In this document: in pieces, positions 43,965-53,519 of the stretch
Numbering within the stretch: position 1 is the stretch's first letter
Layout of the letters: each line of letters begins with the position of its first letter
IMG/VR virus record: IMGVR_UViG_3300005611_000002
Span: 1-64,000 of that record
Source of the DNA: a virus
Lineage: Duplodnaviria; Caudoviricetes
Direction: 5' to 3' (one strand)
Length of the DNA stretch: 64,000 nucleotides
Made by a program: the position numbers and the translations under genes
Notes under the pieces: model-generated
The model's database searches: none
What the model saw: the letters and a program-made list of their open reading frames with translations, nothing else
What the model was told of the DNA's origin: nothing

Positions 43965-44438
43965 ATGTCAGTAAAAAGAATTATTCAAGAATCACTAGAC
44001 AAGAACCCACTGGGTGTAAAAGAAGCTCTTGAAGAAGCACTTCAGGATCGTGTTCGCGCTGCTCTTGAAGAAAAGTACGCAGAAATGACAGAATCAAAAG
44101 ATGAAGATGATGAAGACGAAGATGATGACGATGATGATGAAGACGATGAAGACGAAATGGATGAATCCTTCGATCTTTCTGATTACGCTGTAGAAGAACT
44201 TGAGGATTTCATGGAGTCTGCTGAATTTGATCAGCTAGATGAGATCAGCAAGCAAAAAGTACAGGCTTATATGGATAAATCGCACGATGAATATAAGCGA
44301 CTACAACAAAAGGGTGGTGCAAAAGGTGGCACTTCTGTAATGAACAAAAAGCAAAAGCGTAGATACGCTACCGGATCTGATGCATCGGATAATGCATTTA
44401 AGAAATTAACTGGTCGTGCACGCGTAAATGCAACGTAG
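43965..44438 (+). CDS. Acidic prohead core-like protein (gp67-like)
   Basis: Helical N-terminus followed by a poly-D/E tract. Confidence 0.5.
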   Translation: MSVKRIIQESLDKNPLGVKEALEEALQDRVRAALEEKYAEMTESKDEDDEDEDDDDDDEDDEDEMDESFDLSDYAVEELEDFMESAEFDQLDEISKQKVQAYMDKSHDEYKRLQQKGGAKGGTSVMNKKQKRRYATGSDASDNAFKKLTGRARVNAT

Positions 44439-44455
44439 ATCGTCTTTCTAAATAA

Positions 44456-44932
44456 ATGAAATCCTGGATCTTCATAGGTCTGCTTTTAGCAATGATGAGT
44501 GGTGCTGCAGCATTTTACTACAGCACTACTCAAGCCACTATTCAACAACTCACTGAGAATAATGCGGTACTTCAAGAAAATAACAAGACTCTTGAAACTG
44601 TCAATAATCAAAATTTAAGTACTATCGACAATTTACAAACATCATATGAAAATGTTCAGCAAAACTACATTGAACTTCAAGATCAGTTTCAAAGTATTAG
44701 AATACAGAATAGAAAACTGCGTGAAAGACTAGGTGAACATGAACTTGACGCTCTTGCAGCTGCTAAACCTGGTCTTGTAGAACGTATCGTAAATAATGCA
44801 TCAGAGGAAGCAAGCAGATGTTTCGAACTCTTGTCTGGCTCTCCTCTTACTGAGGAAGAACAAAATGCAGAAACTGCTAGACAATTCAATTCCGAGTGTC
44901 CTTGGCTTTACGACACTCTTGTTTCTCGCTAG
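44456..44932 (+). CDS. i-spanin (Rz-like)
   Basis: N-terminal TM, coiled coil, AKPGLVE. Confidence 0.75.
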   Translation: MKSWIFIGLLLAMMSGAAAFYYSTTQATIQQLTENNAVLQENNKTLETVNNQNLSTIDNLQTSYENVQQNYIELQDQFQSIRIQNRKLRERLGEHELDALAAAKPGLVERIVNNASEEASRCFELLSGSPLTEEEQNAETARQFNSECPWLYDTLVSR

Positions 44933-45221
44933 TTGCGGAACTACCGTAGAACCAGTACAATCAGTCGAAGTTCGTACGGTTGAAGTAAAGCCTCCCAAAC
45001 CAATAGTACCGACTCCCGATCAACTTGCCCTTCGAAGCTTTGAATGGGTTGTGATCACACCAGATAATATTGACGAAGTGTTTAACGGAGTCAAGGATGA
45101 AAAGGTGCTATTTGCAGTTACTACTGACGGATATGAAGCAATTGCTCTCAATCTTTCTGATGTAAGAGCTTTGATACAGCAGCAAAAAGAAATCATCGCG
45201 ATCTACGAAAATTCATTCTAA
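44865..45221 (+). CDS. o-spanin (Rz1-like lipoprotein)
   Basis: Lipobox LASC, Pro-rich, overlaps the i-spanin 3' end. Confidence 0.75.
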   Translation: MQKLLDNSIPSVLGFTTLLFLASCGTTVEPVQSVEVRTVEVKPPKPIVPTPDQLALRSFEWVVITPDNIDEVFNGVKDEKVLFAVTTDGYEAIALNLSDVRALIQQQKEIIAIYENSF

Positions 45222-45287
45222 ATAAATAAATACGATTAACCATGGGTACAGTGACTTTTGAAAGCAAACAAAAGAGGATAGAGACCT

Positions 45288-45752
45288 ATGGGCAATGAAG
45301 AAATGAACTCTGTGAAAACAGATATCGCTCTGATCAAGAAAGATATCAATCAGATCGAAAAAGTGTTCAAAAAGGTTGATGATGCCATCGGACAAATGTC
45401 TGAAATACTTCAGGCACTAGCGGTACAGGAAACCATTTTGGAAAACAACGAAAAAAGAGTTTCTTTAGTAGAGCAAAGAATGTTAGCTCACTTAGAAACA
45501 GAAGAAAAACATCGCAAAGAGCTAGAAGAAGACATCGAGAGCATCAAGGAAGATGCTCGAGAAGATCGTGAGAGAAGACACAAAGAACTCATGGAATGTA
45601 TCAACAGTATGAACAAGTCTCTCAACGAAAAACTTGATACTCAGGATAAACGAATTCGCGCCCTTGAAAATTGGCGTTGGTATATCCTCGGCGGAACTGC
45701 AGTGATCATGCTTATTTTGATCAAGTTTCCATGGGCTATACTTTTCGGTTGA
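45288..45752 (+). CDS. Coiled-coil protein with C-terminal TM
   Basis: RIRALENWRW + hydrophobic tail. Confidence 0.7.
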   Translation: MGNEEMNSVKTDIALIKKDINQIEKVFKKVDDAIGQMSEILQALAVQETILENNEKRVSLVEQRMLAHLETEEKHRKELEEDIESIKEDAREDRERRHKELMECINSMNKSLNEKLDTQDKRIRALENWRWYILGGTAVIMLILIKFPWAILFG

Positions 45753-45808
45753 CATTTTAGCTTACTTGATATAGAATAAATTATTCTAACATTACAGGAT
45801 GATTATGT

Positions 45809-46810
45809 ATGGTTGATCATGTCGACATGCACTATGCTTCAATACTTTCTTCGAGATTGGAGCGCTTCAAAATTGTTTCGAGAAATCCAGTCAAAATCAA
45901 TTTTAGGTGTCCCGTTTGCGGTGATTCTCAAAAATCGCGTTCGAAGGCCCGTGGATGGCTTCTTGAACGCAACAATGCCTTTTACTTCTATTGTCATAAT
46001 TGTGGTGCGAGCCAAGGCTTTTCTTATTTTCTGAAAAACCTCGATGGTATAGTCTACAATGACTATGTATCTGAAAAGTTTCTGAAGGGTGAAAAGAAAC
46101 CAAAATCTGACGATGGTAAATTTGCTACTCAGACTAAATTTAGCGGTGATCCACTTCGAAAGTTGACAAAAATCAGTCAACTCAAGCATGATCATCCTCT
46201 CAAGAAATACATACTCAAACGACAAATACCTTCCGACCAACACTACAGACTCTATTATGCTCCAAAGTTCAAGACTTGGATCAATAGTATCATACCAAAT
46301 AAATTTGGATACTTCAAGAAAGACGAGCCACGACTCGTTATACCTTTCCTAGACCAAGACAAAAAGATCTTTGGTGTCTCTGCTCGTGGCTTTGATCCAA
46401 AAGCTCCTAGATACATCACGATCATGTTTGACGATAGACCCAAGATTTTTGGTCTTGATACAGTCAATTTCAATAAAACATATCTTGTAGTTGAAGGCGC
46501 TATTGATAGTTTTTTCGTAAAAAATGCTGTTGCCATGGCTGGTGCTGAAGGGAATACGAACGCGTTACAGAATGTTGAAAATGCGATTTTTGTTTTTGAC
46601 GCAGAGCCGAGAAACAAAGAAATCCATAAGCGAATGGAGAAGGTAATAGATGCTGGCCATAGAATTTGCATATGGCCTTCTGATGTTCCAGGCAAAGACA
46701 TCAACGAGGTGTATATGAATGGACTTACAAACGTAGATGAACTGATTCGAGAAAATACATATAAAGGCTTGCAAGCCACACTGAAACTTACTGAATGGAG
46801 AAAAACATGA
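45809..46810 (+). CDS. 61: DNA primase gp61
   Basis: RCPVCGDS..KARG, CHNCG, EG.IDS, KDIN. Confidence 0.93.
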   Translation: MVDHVDMHYASILSSRLERFKIVSRNPVKINFRCPVCGDSQKSRSKARGWLLERNNAFYFYCHNCGASQGFSYFLKNLDGIVYNDYVSEKFLKGEKKPKSDDGKFATQTKFSGDPLRKLTKISQLKHDHPLKKYILKRQIPSDQHYRLYYAPKFKTWINSIIPNKFGYFKKDEPRLVIPFLDQDKKIFGVSARGFDPKAPRYITIMFDDRPKIFGLDTVNFNKTYLVVEGAIDSFFVKNAVAMAGAEGNTNALQNVENAIFVFDAEPRNKEIHKRMEKVIDAGHRICIWPSDVPGKDINEVYMNGLTNVDELIRENTYKGLQATLKLTEWRKT

Positions 46811-46850
46811 AGTTATAAATAATTCGTGAATTCTTGAAATAGGAGAAAAC

Positions 46851-47558
46851 ATGAATTACAAAAAAGTATATAAGGATCTTATAACAAAACACGGAAAAAA
46901 GGAAAAACCAAAAAACGGTTATTATGAGCGCCATCACATAGTTCCTAGATGTGTTGGAGGCGATGATAAAATTGAAAATTTAATATATTTAGATGCAAGA
47001 TGTCATTTGCTATCTCATTGGTTATTAACTAGAATGTATCCTGGAAATGAAAAACTTATACATGCTTTTTTTATGATGTGTAATGTTAAAAATAAATCAA
47101 TGAAAAGAAAAACTCCAAGATTATCTATTTTAGCTGAAGCTAGAAGAAAAAAATCTGAAATTCAATCAAAAAAACTAACAGGAAATAAAATACAATTTAA
47201 TACCGATGAAAGTAATAAAAACCGAATAAAGACCGCAAAATTAAATGGGTCTTATAGAGGTTTAAAAAATGGCAAATCACAACCAGTAGATGTTTATAAT
47301 TACTTTACCGGAGAATTAGTAGCATCAAATGTATCTGTAACGGAATGGGGTAGAGAAAACGATGTTAAGAGAAATCTAAATCAAACTCTTTACGCAGATA
47401 GATCTATAAAATCTAGTAGTGCTAATAGGCATCACGCAAAGGGGTACTATATAGTAAAACACGGCGCTGATCCTTATCCAGCTGTCGGCGGCGAATATTT
47501 AGGGCCCTATTCAAATCAAGGACACATAGGACTGAAAAAAGTTAGAAGGAAAAAATAG
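46851..47558 (+). CDS. HNH homing endonuclease
   Basis: ERHHIVPRC.GG.D..NL..L.AR.H...H; late promoter. Confidence 0.88.
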   Translation: MNYKKVYKDLITKHGKKEKPKNGYYERHHIVPRCVGGDDKIENLIYLDARCHLLSHWLLTRMYPGNEKLIHAFFMMCNVKNKSMKRKTPRLSILAEARRKKSEIQSKKLTGNKIQFNTDESNKNRIKTAKLNGSYRGLKNGKSQPVDVYNYFTGELVASNVSVTEWGRENDVKRNLNQTLYADRSIKSSSANRHHAKGYYIVKHGADPYPAVGGEYLGPYSNQGHIGLKKVRRKK

Positions 47559-47559
47559 C

Positions 47560-48228
47560 ATGAAAGTTAATTTGGTAGCATATACTATACCCACAAAGGA
47601 AATGCAGGATGAAGGCGTAAAAAATATTAAAGATTTGATCGCGTATTGTGCAAGAGTATCAAATCCTTCAAATCAATTCAATACAGAAACTTATAATAAA
47701 CTAATAAAATATTTATTGGACCACAAACATTTTTCGCCTTTTGAGATGGCAAATATTACGTTAGAAATTGAAACTACAAGAGATATTGCTCGCCAGATCA
47801 TTCGTCATCGCTCTTTTACATTTAGCGAATTTAGTCAGAGATATGCTGATCCTGCTGAATTTGGTAATCAATTTGTAATTCGAGAAGCTCGACTTCAGGA
47901 TGAAAAGAATCGTCAAAATTCTATTGAAACAGACGATATAGCATTACAAGCTTGGTGGGATGTTCAACAAAAATTTATGATTGAAAGTGCAAAAAGAATT
48001 TACAAAGAAGCAATAGAGCGTGGTATTGCTAAAGAACAAGCTCGAGTTATCCTTCCAGAAGGCAATACTAAAACGAGACTATACATGAATGGTACTCTTC
48101 GTTCTTGGGTACACTATATTGAACTTCGCTCTGGCAATGGAACACAGAAAGAGCATATGGAAGTAGCTCGAGCAGTTGCAGAAGCCATTTCAAAAATCTT
48201 TCCTATGATCAACGACTTTATTGAGTAA
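47560..48228 (+). CDS. thyX: Flavin-dependent thymidylate synthase
   Basis: RHRSFTFSEFSQRY. Confidence 0.95.
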   Translation: MKVNLVAYTIPTKEMQDEGVKNIKDLIAYCARVSNPSNQFNTETYNKLIKYLLDHKHFSPFEMANITLEIETTRDIARQIIRHRSFTFSEFSQRYADPAEFGNQFVIREARLQDEKNRQNSIETDDIALQAWWDVQQKFMIESAKRIYKEAIERGIAKEQARVILPEGNTKTRLYMNGTLRSWVHYIELRSGNGTQKEHMEVARAVAEAISKIFPMINDFIE

Positions 48229-48373
48229 ACTTTGTGAAACAATGCAACATGTATAAGATTGCTCCTAATAAATACTACATATTGACATAAAATCGCAAAT
48301 CCTAAAAATCAGTTTCAGGCACGTATTTGCGTGGGTCTGTTCTTTTTCAACAATAACAACAAGAGGTACTAAC

Positions 48374-49657
48374 ATGTTCGACAATTCTTCACCTGCAGAA
48401 TATGTCAAAACTGTAAACTATGTTCTCAAACGAGACGGTTCTACAGAAGATTTCGATCAAGAAAAAATCAAGACTGCCGTTTCTAAAGCTATGAAATCAA
48501 TTGGTATTCGAAGTAAAACACTACCGGTCGAAGTTTCTTCAGAAGTGACTGAAGTACTCAATAGAGAACATATTGACGATGTGGTTGTGAATGTAGATGA
48601 AGTACATAAAACGGTCGAAAACGTGATCATGGACATGGGTCTTCACGACTTGGCTCGCGAGTACATTCTTTACCGCTTCAATAACATGCCGAACATCTTT
48701 CGTAAAAGAACAAACCTCAAGCCTTACGAGTATCCACAGCTTATTGAGTATCTAGAAGCAATCCGCCATTCATATTGGGTACATACTGAGTTTAATTATT
48801 CATCGGACATTCAGGACATGAAGGTTCGTATGACACCCGAAGAAGTAGATATTGTCAAGAAAGCAATGCTTGCTATTTCTCAGATTGAAGTTCAAGTCAA
48901 AACCTTCTGGGCAAAGATTGGCGATAAGATGCCAAAACCCGAAGTACAAGCTGTTGGTGTCACGTTTGGTGAATCTGAAGTTCGACATGCCGACGCGTAT
49001 TCAAATCTAATCGAGATCATGGGACTCAATTCAGAATTCGAAACAGTAGTAGATGTCCCCGCAATGAAAAAGCGAATTGCATATCTCGAACAATCAATTC
49101 AAGCACCAGTTGATGACAAGGATTATTTTCATAAGATAATCCTTTTTTCTATGTTCGTTGAAAATGTATCGTTATTCTCTCAGTTCTTGATCATGATGGC
49201 GTTCAACAAACATAAGAATGTGCTAAAGGGTATTTCAAATGCGGTGGAAGCTACCAGTAAAGAGGAAGATATTCATGCGCGATTTGGTTTTGAACTAGTA
49301 AACATTATTCGTGAAGAAAATCCAGATTGGTTCAATAAAGATACTATCAACGAAGTGAATCGTCTTTGCCGTGAAGCATATAAGGCAGAGGCTGCTATTG
49401 TTGATTGGATCTATGGTGATTCGGATTTAGATTTTTTACCAAAAGCTACCGTCAAAGAATTCTTGAAACATCGCTTTAATCAGTCTCTTACTGCTATTGA
49501 TATGAAACCTCTTTATGAAGTTGATCAAGCTGCTATTGAGACTACCGATTGGTTTGTTGAGGAAATTTTGAGTACAAAGAATATTGACTTCTTTGTCAAG
49601 CGTAGCACCGCATATTCAAAGAAAACAAAAGCATTTACATCAGACGATCTGTTTTGA
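48374..49657 (+). CDS. nrdB: Class I ribonucleotide reductase beta subunit with N-terminal ATP cone
   Basis: VLKRDG..E.FD..KI cone; ESEVRHADAY, EEDIH, DFF. Confidence 0.92.
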   Translation: MFDNSSPAEYVKTVNYVLKRDGSTEDFDQEKIKTAVSKAMKSIGIRSKTLPVEVSSEVTEVLNREHIDDVVVNVDEVHKTVENVIMDMGLHDLAREYILYRFNNMPNIFRKRTNLKPYEYPQLIEYLEAIRHSYWVHTEFNYSSDIQDMKVRMTPEEVDIVKKAMLAISQIEVQVKTFWAKIGDKMPKPEVQAVGVTFGESEVRHADAYSNLIEIMGLNSEFETVVDVPAMKKRIAYLEQSIQAPVDDKDYFHKIILFSMFVENVSLFSQFLIMMAFNKHKNVLKGISNAVEATSKEEDIHARFGFELVNIIREENPDWFNKDTINEVNRLCREAYKAEAAIVDWIYGDSDLDFLPKATVKEFLKHRFNQSLTAIDMKPLYEVDQAAIETTDWFVEEILSTKNIDFFVKRSTAYSKKTKAFTSDDLF

Positions 49658-49671
49658 TAAGAGGAAAACTA

Positions 49672-50733
49672 ATGGAAAAATTTTACTGGCTAAACGACGA
49701 TTCGAGGACATTTCTATCAAGAGGATACCTAAGCGAAGGAGAAACACCAGAACAACGCATTCGTGCCATTGCAGATAAAGCTGAAGAGTATCTAGGAATT
49801 CCTGGATTTGCCGATAAGTTCTATGAATACATGAGTCGTGGATATTACTCACTTGCATCTCCAGTGTGGGCGAATTATGGAAAGAAGCGTGGTCTTCCAG
49901 TATCTTGCTTTGGTTCATACATTGATGATAATATGGAGTCCATTCTATATGGTGTTGCAGAAAATGGAATGTTGATGAAGAATGGCGGCGGTTGTTCCGG
50001 TTACTTTGGTGCAGTTCGTTACCGTGGTGCGCCAATTACTGATCAGGGCGAGTCTTCAGGTTCTGTACACTTTATGCAAATGTATGACACTCTTGCTTCT
50101 GTTGTGTCGCAAGGTTCTGTTCGTCGTGGTTTCTTTTCTGCGTATCAAGACATTGAACATCCTGATGCAGACGAGTTTCTCGACATCGGTACTGAAGGGA
50201 ATCCAATTCAAGGCTTGACTACTGGTATTGTAGTATCAGATCAATTTATTGCTGAAATGAAAGACGGTGATCCAGAAAAGCGCAGACTTTGGGCAAAGGT
50301 ACTTCAACGTCGTTCTGAGATCGGTTTTCCCTACATTCTATACAAAGACAACGTGAACAACAATAAACCTCAAGTCTACAAAGACAAGGATATGACGATT
50401 CATGCAAGTAATATGTGCTTGCGCGGCGATAGTATTATGACCGTTTGGTTTCCTTTTGAAGAAACCCCTAAAGACATTGAAATTGAAACGTTCGTAAAAC
50501 TTTGGAAAATGGGAGGAGTTGCTCCTGGTACTAAGGTAAAAACTGAAAAAGGATACCAAGAAGTTACTGCTGCGGCACAAACTGGTGTCTCAAAAGAAAT
50601 GATTCGCATTACAGATGAAAAAACTGGAAAGGTTGTTGAATGCACCCCAGATCATAAGATTTTTACTCAGAATAGAGGTTGGGTGGAAGCTAAGGAACTT
50701 ACTGAAGAGGATGATGTCCTAATAGATGAATAA
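49672..50733 (+). CDS. nrdA: NrdA N-extein + split intein N-fragment (50416-50730)
   Basis: PVSCF, GGG, QGSVRRG, SNM/CLRGD; CTPDHKI. Confidence 0.93.
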   Translation: MEKFYWLNDDSRTFLSRGYLSEGETPEQRIRAIADKAEEYLGIPGFADKFYEYMSRGYYSLASPVWANYGKKRGLPVSCFGSYIDDNMESILYGVAENGMLMKNGGGCSGYFGAVRYRGAPITDQGESSGSVHFMQMYDTLASVVSQGSVRRGFFSAYQDIEHPDADEFLDIGTEGNPIQGLTTGIVVSDQFIAEMKDGDPEKRRLWAKVLQRRSEIGFPYILYKDNVNNNKPQVYKDKDMTIHASNMCLRGDSIMTVWFPFEETPKDIEIETFVKLWKMGGVAPGTKVKTEKGYQEVTAAAQTGVSKEMIRITDEKTGKVVECTPDHKIFTQNRGWVEAKELTEEDDVLIDE

Positions 50734-50751
50734 TCTCTAAACATAACACAG

Positions 50752-50804
50752 TGTAGCGAAATTTCTCTTTTTATAAATAATAAGAAAAGAGGGGTTTCGC
50801 TACA
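50752..50804 (+). promoter_or_regulatory. RBS-sequestering hairpin with a late promoter in the loop
   Basis: TGTAGCGAAATTTCTCTTTT / AAAAGAGGGGTTTCGCTACA around TATAAATA. Confidence 0.8.
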
Positions 50805-51646
50805 TGAACTATGAAAAAATATATTACGATTTGTGTGAGAAAGGCAAAAAAAGAAAAAAGATTCGAGGAGATAATTTAGAAAGACATCATATCATTCCAA
50901 CTTTTTTCTATAAAGACAATAAAAGAAATCATCGTCATAATGACGGTATATACTCTGGTGATGGTGAACACGTTGGAAATATAACCCTGTTGACACCTAG
51001 AGAACATTTTATTGCGCATTTGATTCTTTGTAAAATATGGAAAGGAACAAAATGGGAATATAGATGCTATTTGTCTTTGAAAATGTTTTTGAATGAAGGC
51101 CAAGTAAATAAAGCTCGTTCTGTATTTGAACATAGTTCCAGAAAATACGAATATTATAAAATAAAAGCAAATAAAGCCATAAGTAAAGGTAAAAAAGGCA
51201 CCATGCCGGTTAAAGATGTAAAAACGAACGAAAGACTCGGCATTGCAGCCGTAGATCATCCAAAAGTATTGAGTGGCGAATGGGTTCATATTACAAAGGG
51301 TATGAAGAAAACAAAAGAACAGAAGATGCTTTATTCAAAACCAGGTTTTGAAAACAGCAATTCAAAATATTCTGATGAAGACTTATTTCAATCATATAAG
51401 AAATGCTGCTATTACTATAACAAATTGGTCAGTGGATCTTTTTGGGTAAATTATTCGGAAAAGAATAATTTACCACACATAAAATTTTGGAAGCCGTTTA
51501 GATATAACGGAAGAGGATTTCTAGGAATGCAAAAAGATTTATTGAAAGCTGCGAATAAAGAAAACATATACATAGAAACATTTCCAGACTATTCAGATTA
51601 TAACTGGAGAAAGTTTGTAAAAGAGGAGAAAAACAAGTGGGTATAA
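50804..51646 (+). CDS. Free-standing HNH homing endonuclease
   Basis: ERHHIIP...N...LTPREHFIAH. Confidence 0.88.
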   Translation: MNYEKIYYDLCEKGKKRKKIRGDNLERHHIIPTFFYKDNKRNHRHNDGIYSGDGEHVGNITLLTPREHFIAHLILCKIWKGTKWEYRCYLSLKMFLNEGQVNKARSVFEHSSRKYEYYKIKANKAISKGKKGTMPVKDVKTNERLGIAAVDHPKVLSGEWVHITKGMKKTKEQKMLYSKPGFENSNSKYSDEDLFQSYKKCCYYYNKLVSGSFWVNYSEKNNLPHIKFWKPFRYNGRGFLGMQKDLLKAANKENIYIETFPDYSDYNWRKFVKEEKNKWV

Positions 51647-52656
51647 AAATCGAAAAAATTCAATACGAAGAGGAAATTCCAGTATACGATATCACAGTCC
51701 CTGAAACTAGTTCCTTTTTTGCAAATGATATATTAGTTCACAACTGTATTGAGATCGCGCTTCCTTCATCTACAGATGAAACATTTACCTGTGTTCTTTC
51801 TTCGCTCAATCTGTTACATTGGGATGAAATTCTAGAGACTGATGCTATCGAAGTACTTACAATGTTCCTCGACACCGTTTGTGAAGAGTTCATTCAAAAA
51901 ACTGAAGGGCATGAGTATCTCAAGCGCGCGCGTCAATTCGCGATCAATCACCGTGCTCTTGGTGCTGGTGTACTTGGTTGGCACTCGTATCTGCAGTCTA
52001 AAATGATTTCTTTCGAGTCAAAAGAAGCCGCGCAAAAGAACCTTGAAATTGCAAAGACTCTTCGTGAAAGATCTCATGCTGCTTCTCGTGAACTTGCAGA
52101 AAAACTTGGCGAACCACCACTGCTTCAAGGTTATGGTATGCGCAATACAACTACAATGGCTATTGCTCCAACTAAATCAAGTAGTTTCATCCTTGGTCAG
52201 GTAAGTCAATCTATCGAACCTGAGTTCTCGAACTGTTATGTAAAGGACTTGGCAAAGATGAAAGTCACAATCAAGAATCCTTACTTGAAGAAGCTGTTGC
52301 AAGAAAAAGATCAAGATAAGCCTGAAGTTTGGGAATCAATCAAGACACGTGACGGATCTGTTCAGCATCTTGAGTTCCTTACACAGGAAGAAAAAGAAGT
52401 CTTCAAGACGTTCTCAGAGATCAATCCTTACACAATAGTAGATCAAGCTGGTATTCGTCAACAATACATCGATCAAGGCCAGAGTCTCAATCTGATGCTG
52501 GATCCAGATATGTCAGTTCGTGAAATCAATCAACTCTATCTGTATGCTCACGAGATGGGTGTAAAGAGTCTTTACTATAGTTACTCGATGTCTGCTGCTC
52601 AGTCTTTGACTCGTAAGCGTGTAATGTCGACAGAATGTGCGGCGTGTGAAGCATGA
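51637..52656 (+). CDS. nrdA: Split intein C-fragment (36 aa) + NrdA C-extein
   Basis: PVYDITV...FFANDILVHN/CIEI; APTKSSS, KSLYY, C-terminal CAACEA. Confidence 0.93.
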   Translation: MGIKIEKIQYEEEIPVYDITVPETSSFFANDILVHNCIEIALPSSTDETFTCVLSSLNLLHWDEILETDAIEVLTMFLDTVCEEFIQKTEGHEYLKRARQFAINHRALGAGVLGWHSYLQSKMISFESKEAAQKNLEIAKTLRERSHAASRELAEKLGEPPLLQGYGMRNTTTMAIAPTKSSSFILGQVSQSIEPEFSNCYVKDLAKMKVTIKNPYLKKLLQEKDQDKPEVWESIKTRDGSVQHLEFLTQEEKEVFKTFSEINPYTIVDQAGIRQQYIDQGQSLNLMLDPDMSVREINQLYLYAHEMGVKSLYYSYSMSAAQSLTRKRVMSTECAACEA

Positions 52657-53063
52657 AACGAGCATTTTGGTTTACACTTGGCATCATTCTTGTAGGTATA
52701 GCGTATGCCGGGATTTTTCTTCCTGGCATACCTTGGTCAACTCCAACAGTAGGAGCAGCATATTGTTTCGCAAAATCATCACCAAAATTTCACAAGTGGC
52801 TGTACTCGCATCATTTATTCGGTCCATTTCTCACAAACTGGGAAGAGAAAAAAGTATTTCCAACACGTATGAAATACGCAATGCTAGCGGTCATGGCCTC
52901 GAGTCTGCTTATTTTATGGCTCTCAACCGGAAACATCAACGCAATCATAGGTAGTGGTATCTTTATGACACTTGCCGCAATCTGGGGCTGGAGGTATCCA
53001 GGATCGGTAGAAGAACACGATCGCAGAGTTGCAGAGGGAAAAAGAGTTGCATGGCTGAAATGA
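52653..53063 (+). CDS. YbaN/DUF454 membrane protein
   Basis: GIFLPGIP, CFAKSS, FGP...W. Confidence 0.85.
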   Translation: MKRAFWFTLGIILVGIAYAGIFLPGIPWSTPTVGAAYCFAKSSPKFHKWLYSHHLFGPFLTNWEEKKVFPTRMKYAMLAVMASSLLILWLSTGNINAIIGSGIFMTLAAIWGWRYPGSVEEHDRRVAEGKRVAWLK

Positions 53064-53067
53064 TCGG

Positions 53068-53125
53068 TTGACAAATGCGCCGAATCAGTATAGATTGATA
53101 ATAGGTAAAACGAAAGGGACCTATT
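53068..53125 (+). promoter_or_regulatory. Early promoter-RBS cassette, near-identical to 53461-53519
   Basis: TTGACAAATGC.CCGAATCAGTATAGATTGATAATAGGTAAAACGAAAGG. Confidence 0.9.
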
Positions 53126-53464
53126 ATGCTTACTACTGATCGTCCTTCTGTTGGGGAAGTCAATGGTCTTGTCAATGGCATTGCATATCATAACGCGCGT
53201 CATGATCAAGAAGGTGGTGTCGATACTGTTTGCTGGACTACACCCGGTCTTGAAATTACTCGCCTTCGTCTGTTGTCTGATCCCGGCTTCCCTGCATGGG
53301 ACGTGAGTTATTGCCACGGTGTACTTGATGGTCGACACGTCGATGTTCGGCTTCCCTTCAGTCAGCTTCCCAAGTATAAGATGAAGTCTTGGCTCTACAA
53401 GGAAGCTCAAAAGACCGGCGTCTTCATCAAGGGTTTGTTTTCTTCAATCTCAACTTTGTGTTGA
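53126..53464 (+). CDS. Hypothetical early protein
   Basis: Downstream of the cassette. Confidence 0.75.
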   Translation: MLTTDRPSVGEVNGLVNGIAYHNARHDQEGGVDTVCWTTPGLEITRLRLLSDPGFPAWDVSYCHGVLDGRHVDVRLPFSQLPKYKMKSWLYKEAQKTGVFIKGLFSSISTLC

Positions 53465-53519
53465 CAAATGCCCCGAATCAGTATAGATTGATAATAGGTA
53501 AAACGAAAGGAACATACCT

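Noticed and set aside
44100-44165. GAT/GAA repeat as a tandem repeat element
   Set aside because: It simply encodes a poly-Asp/Glu tract
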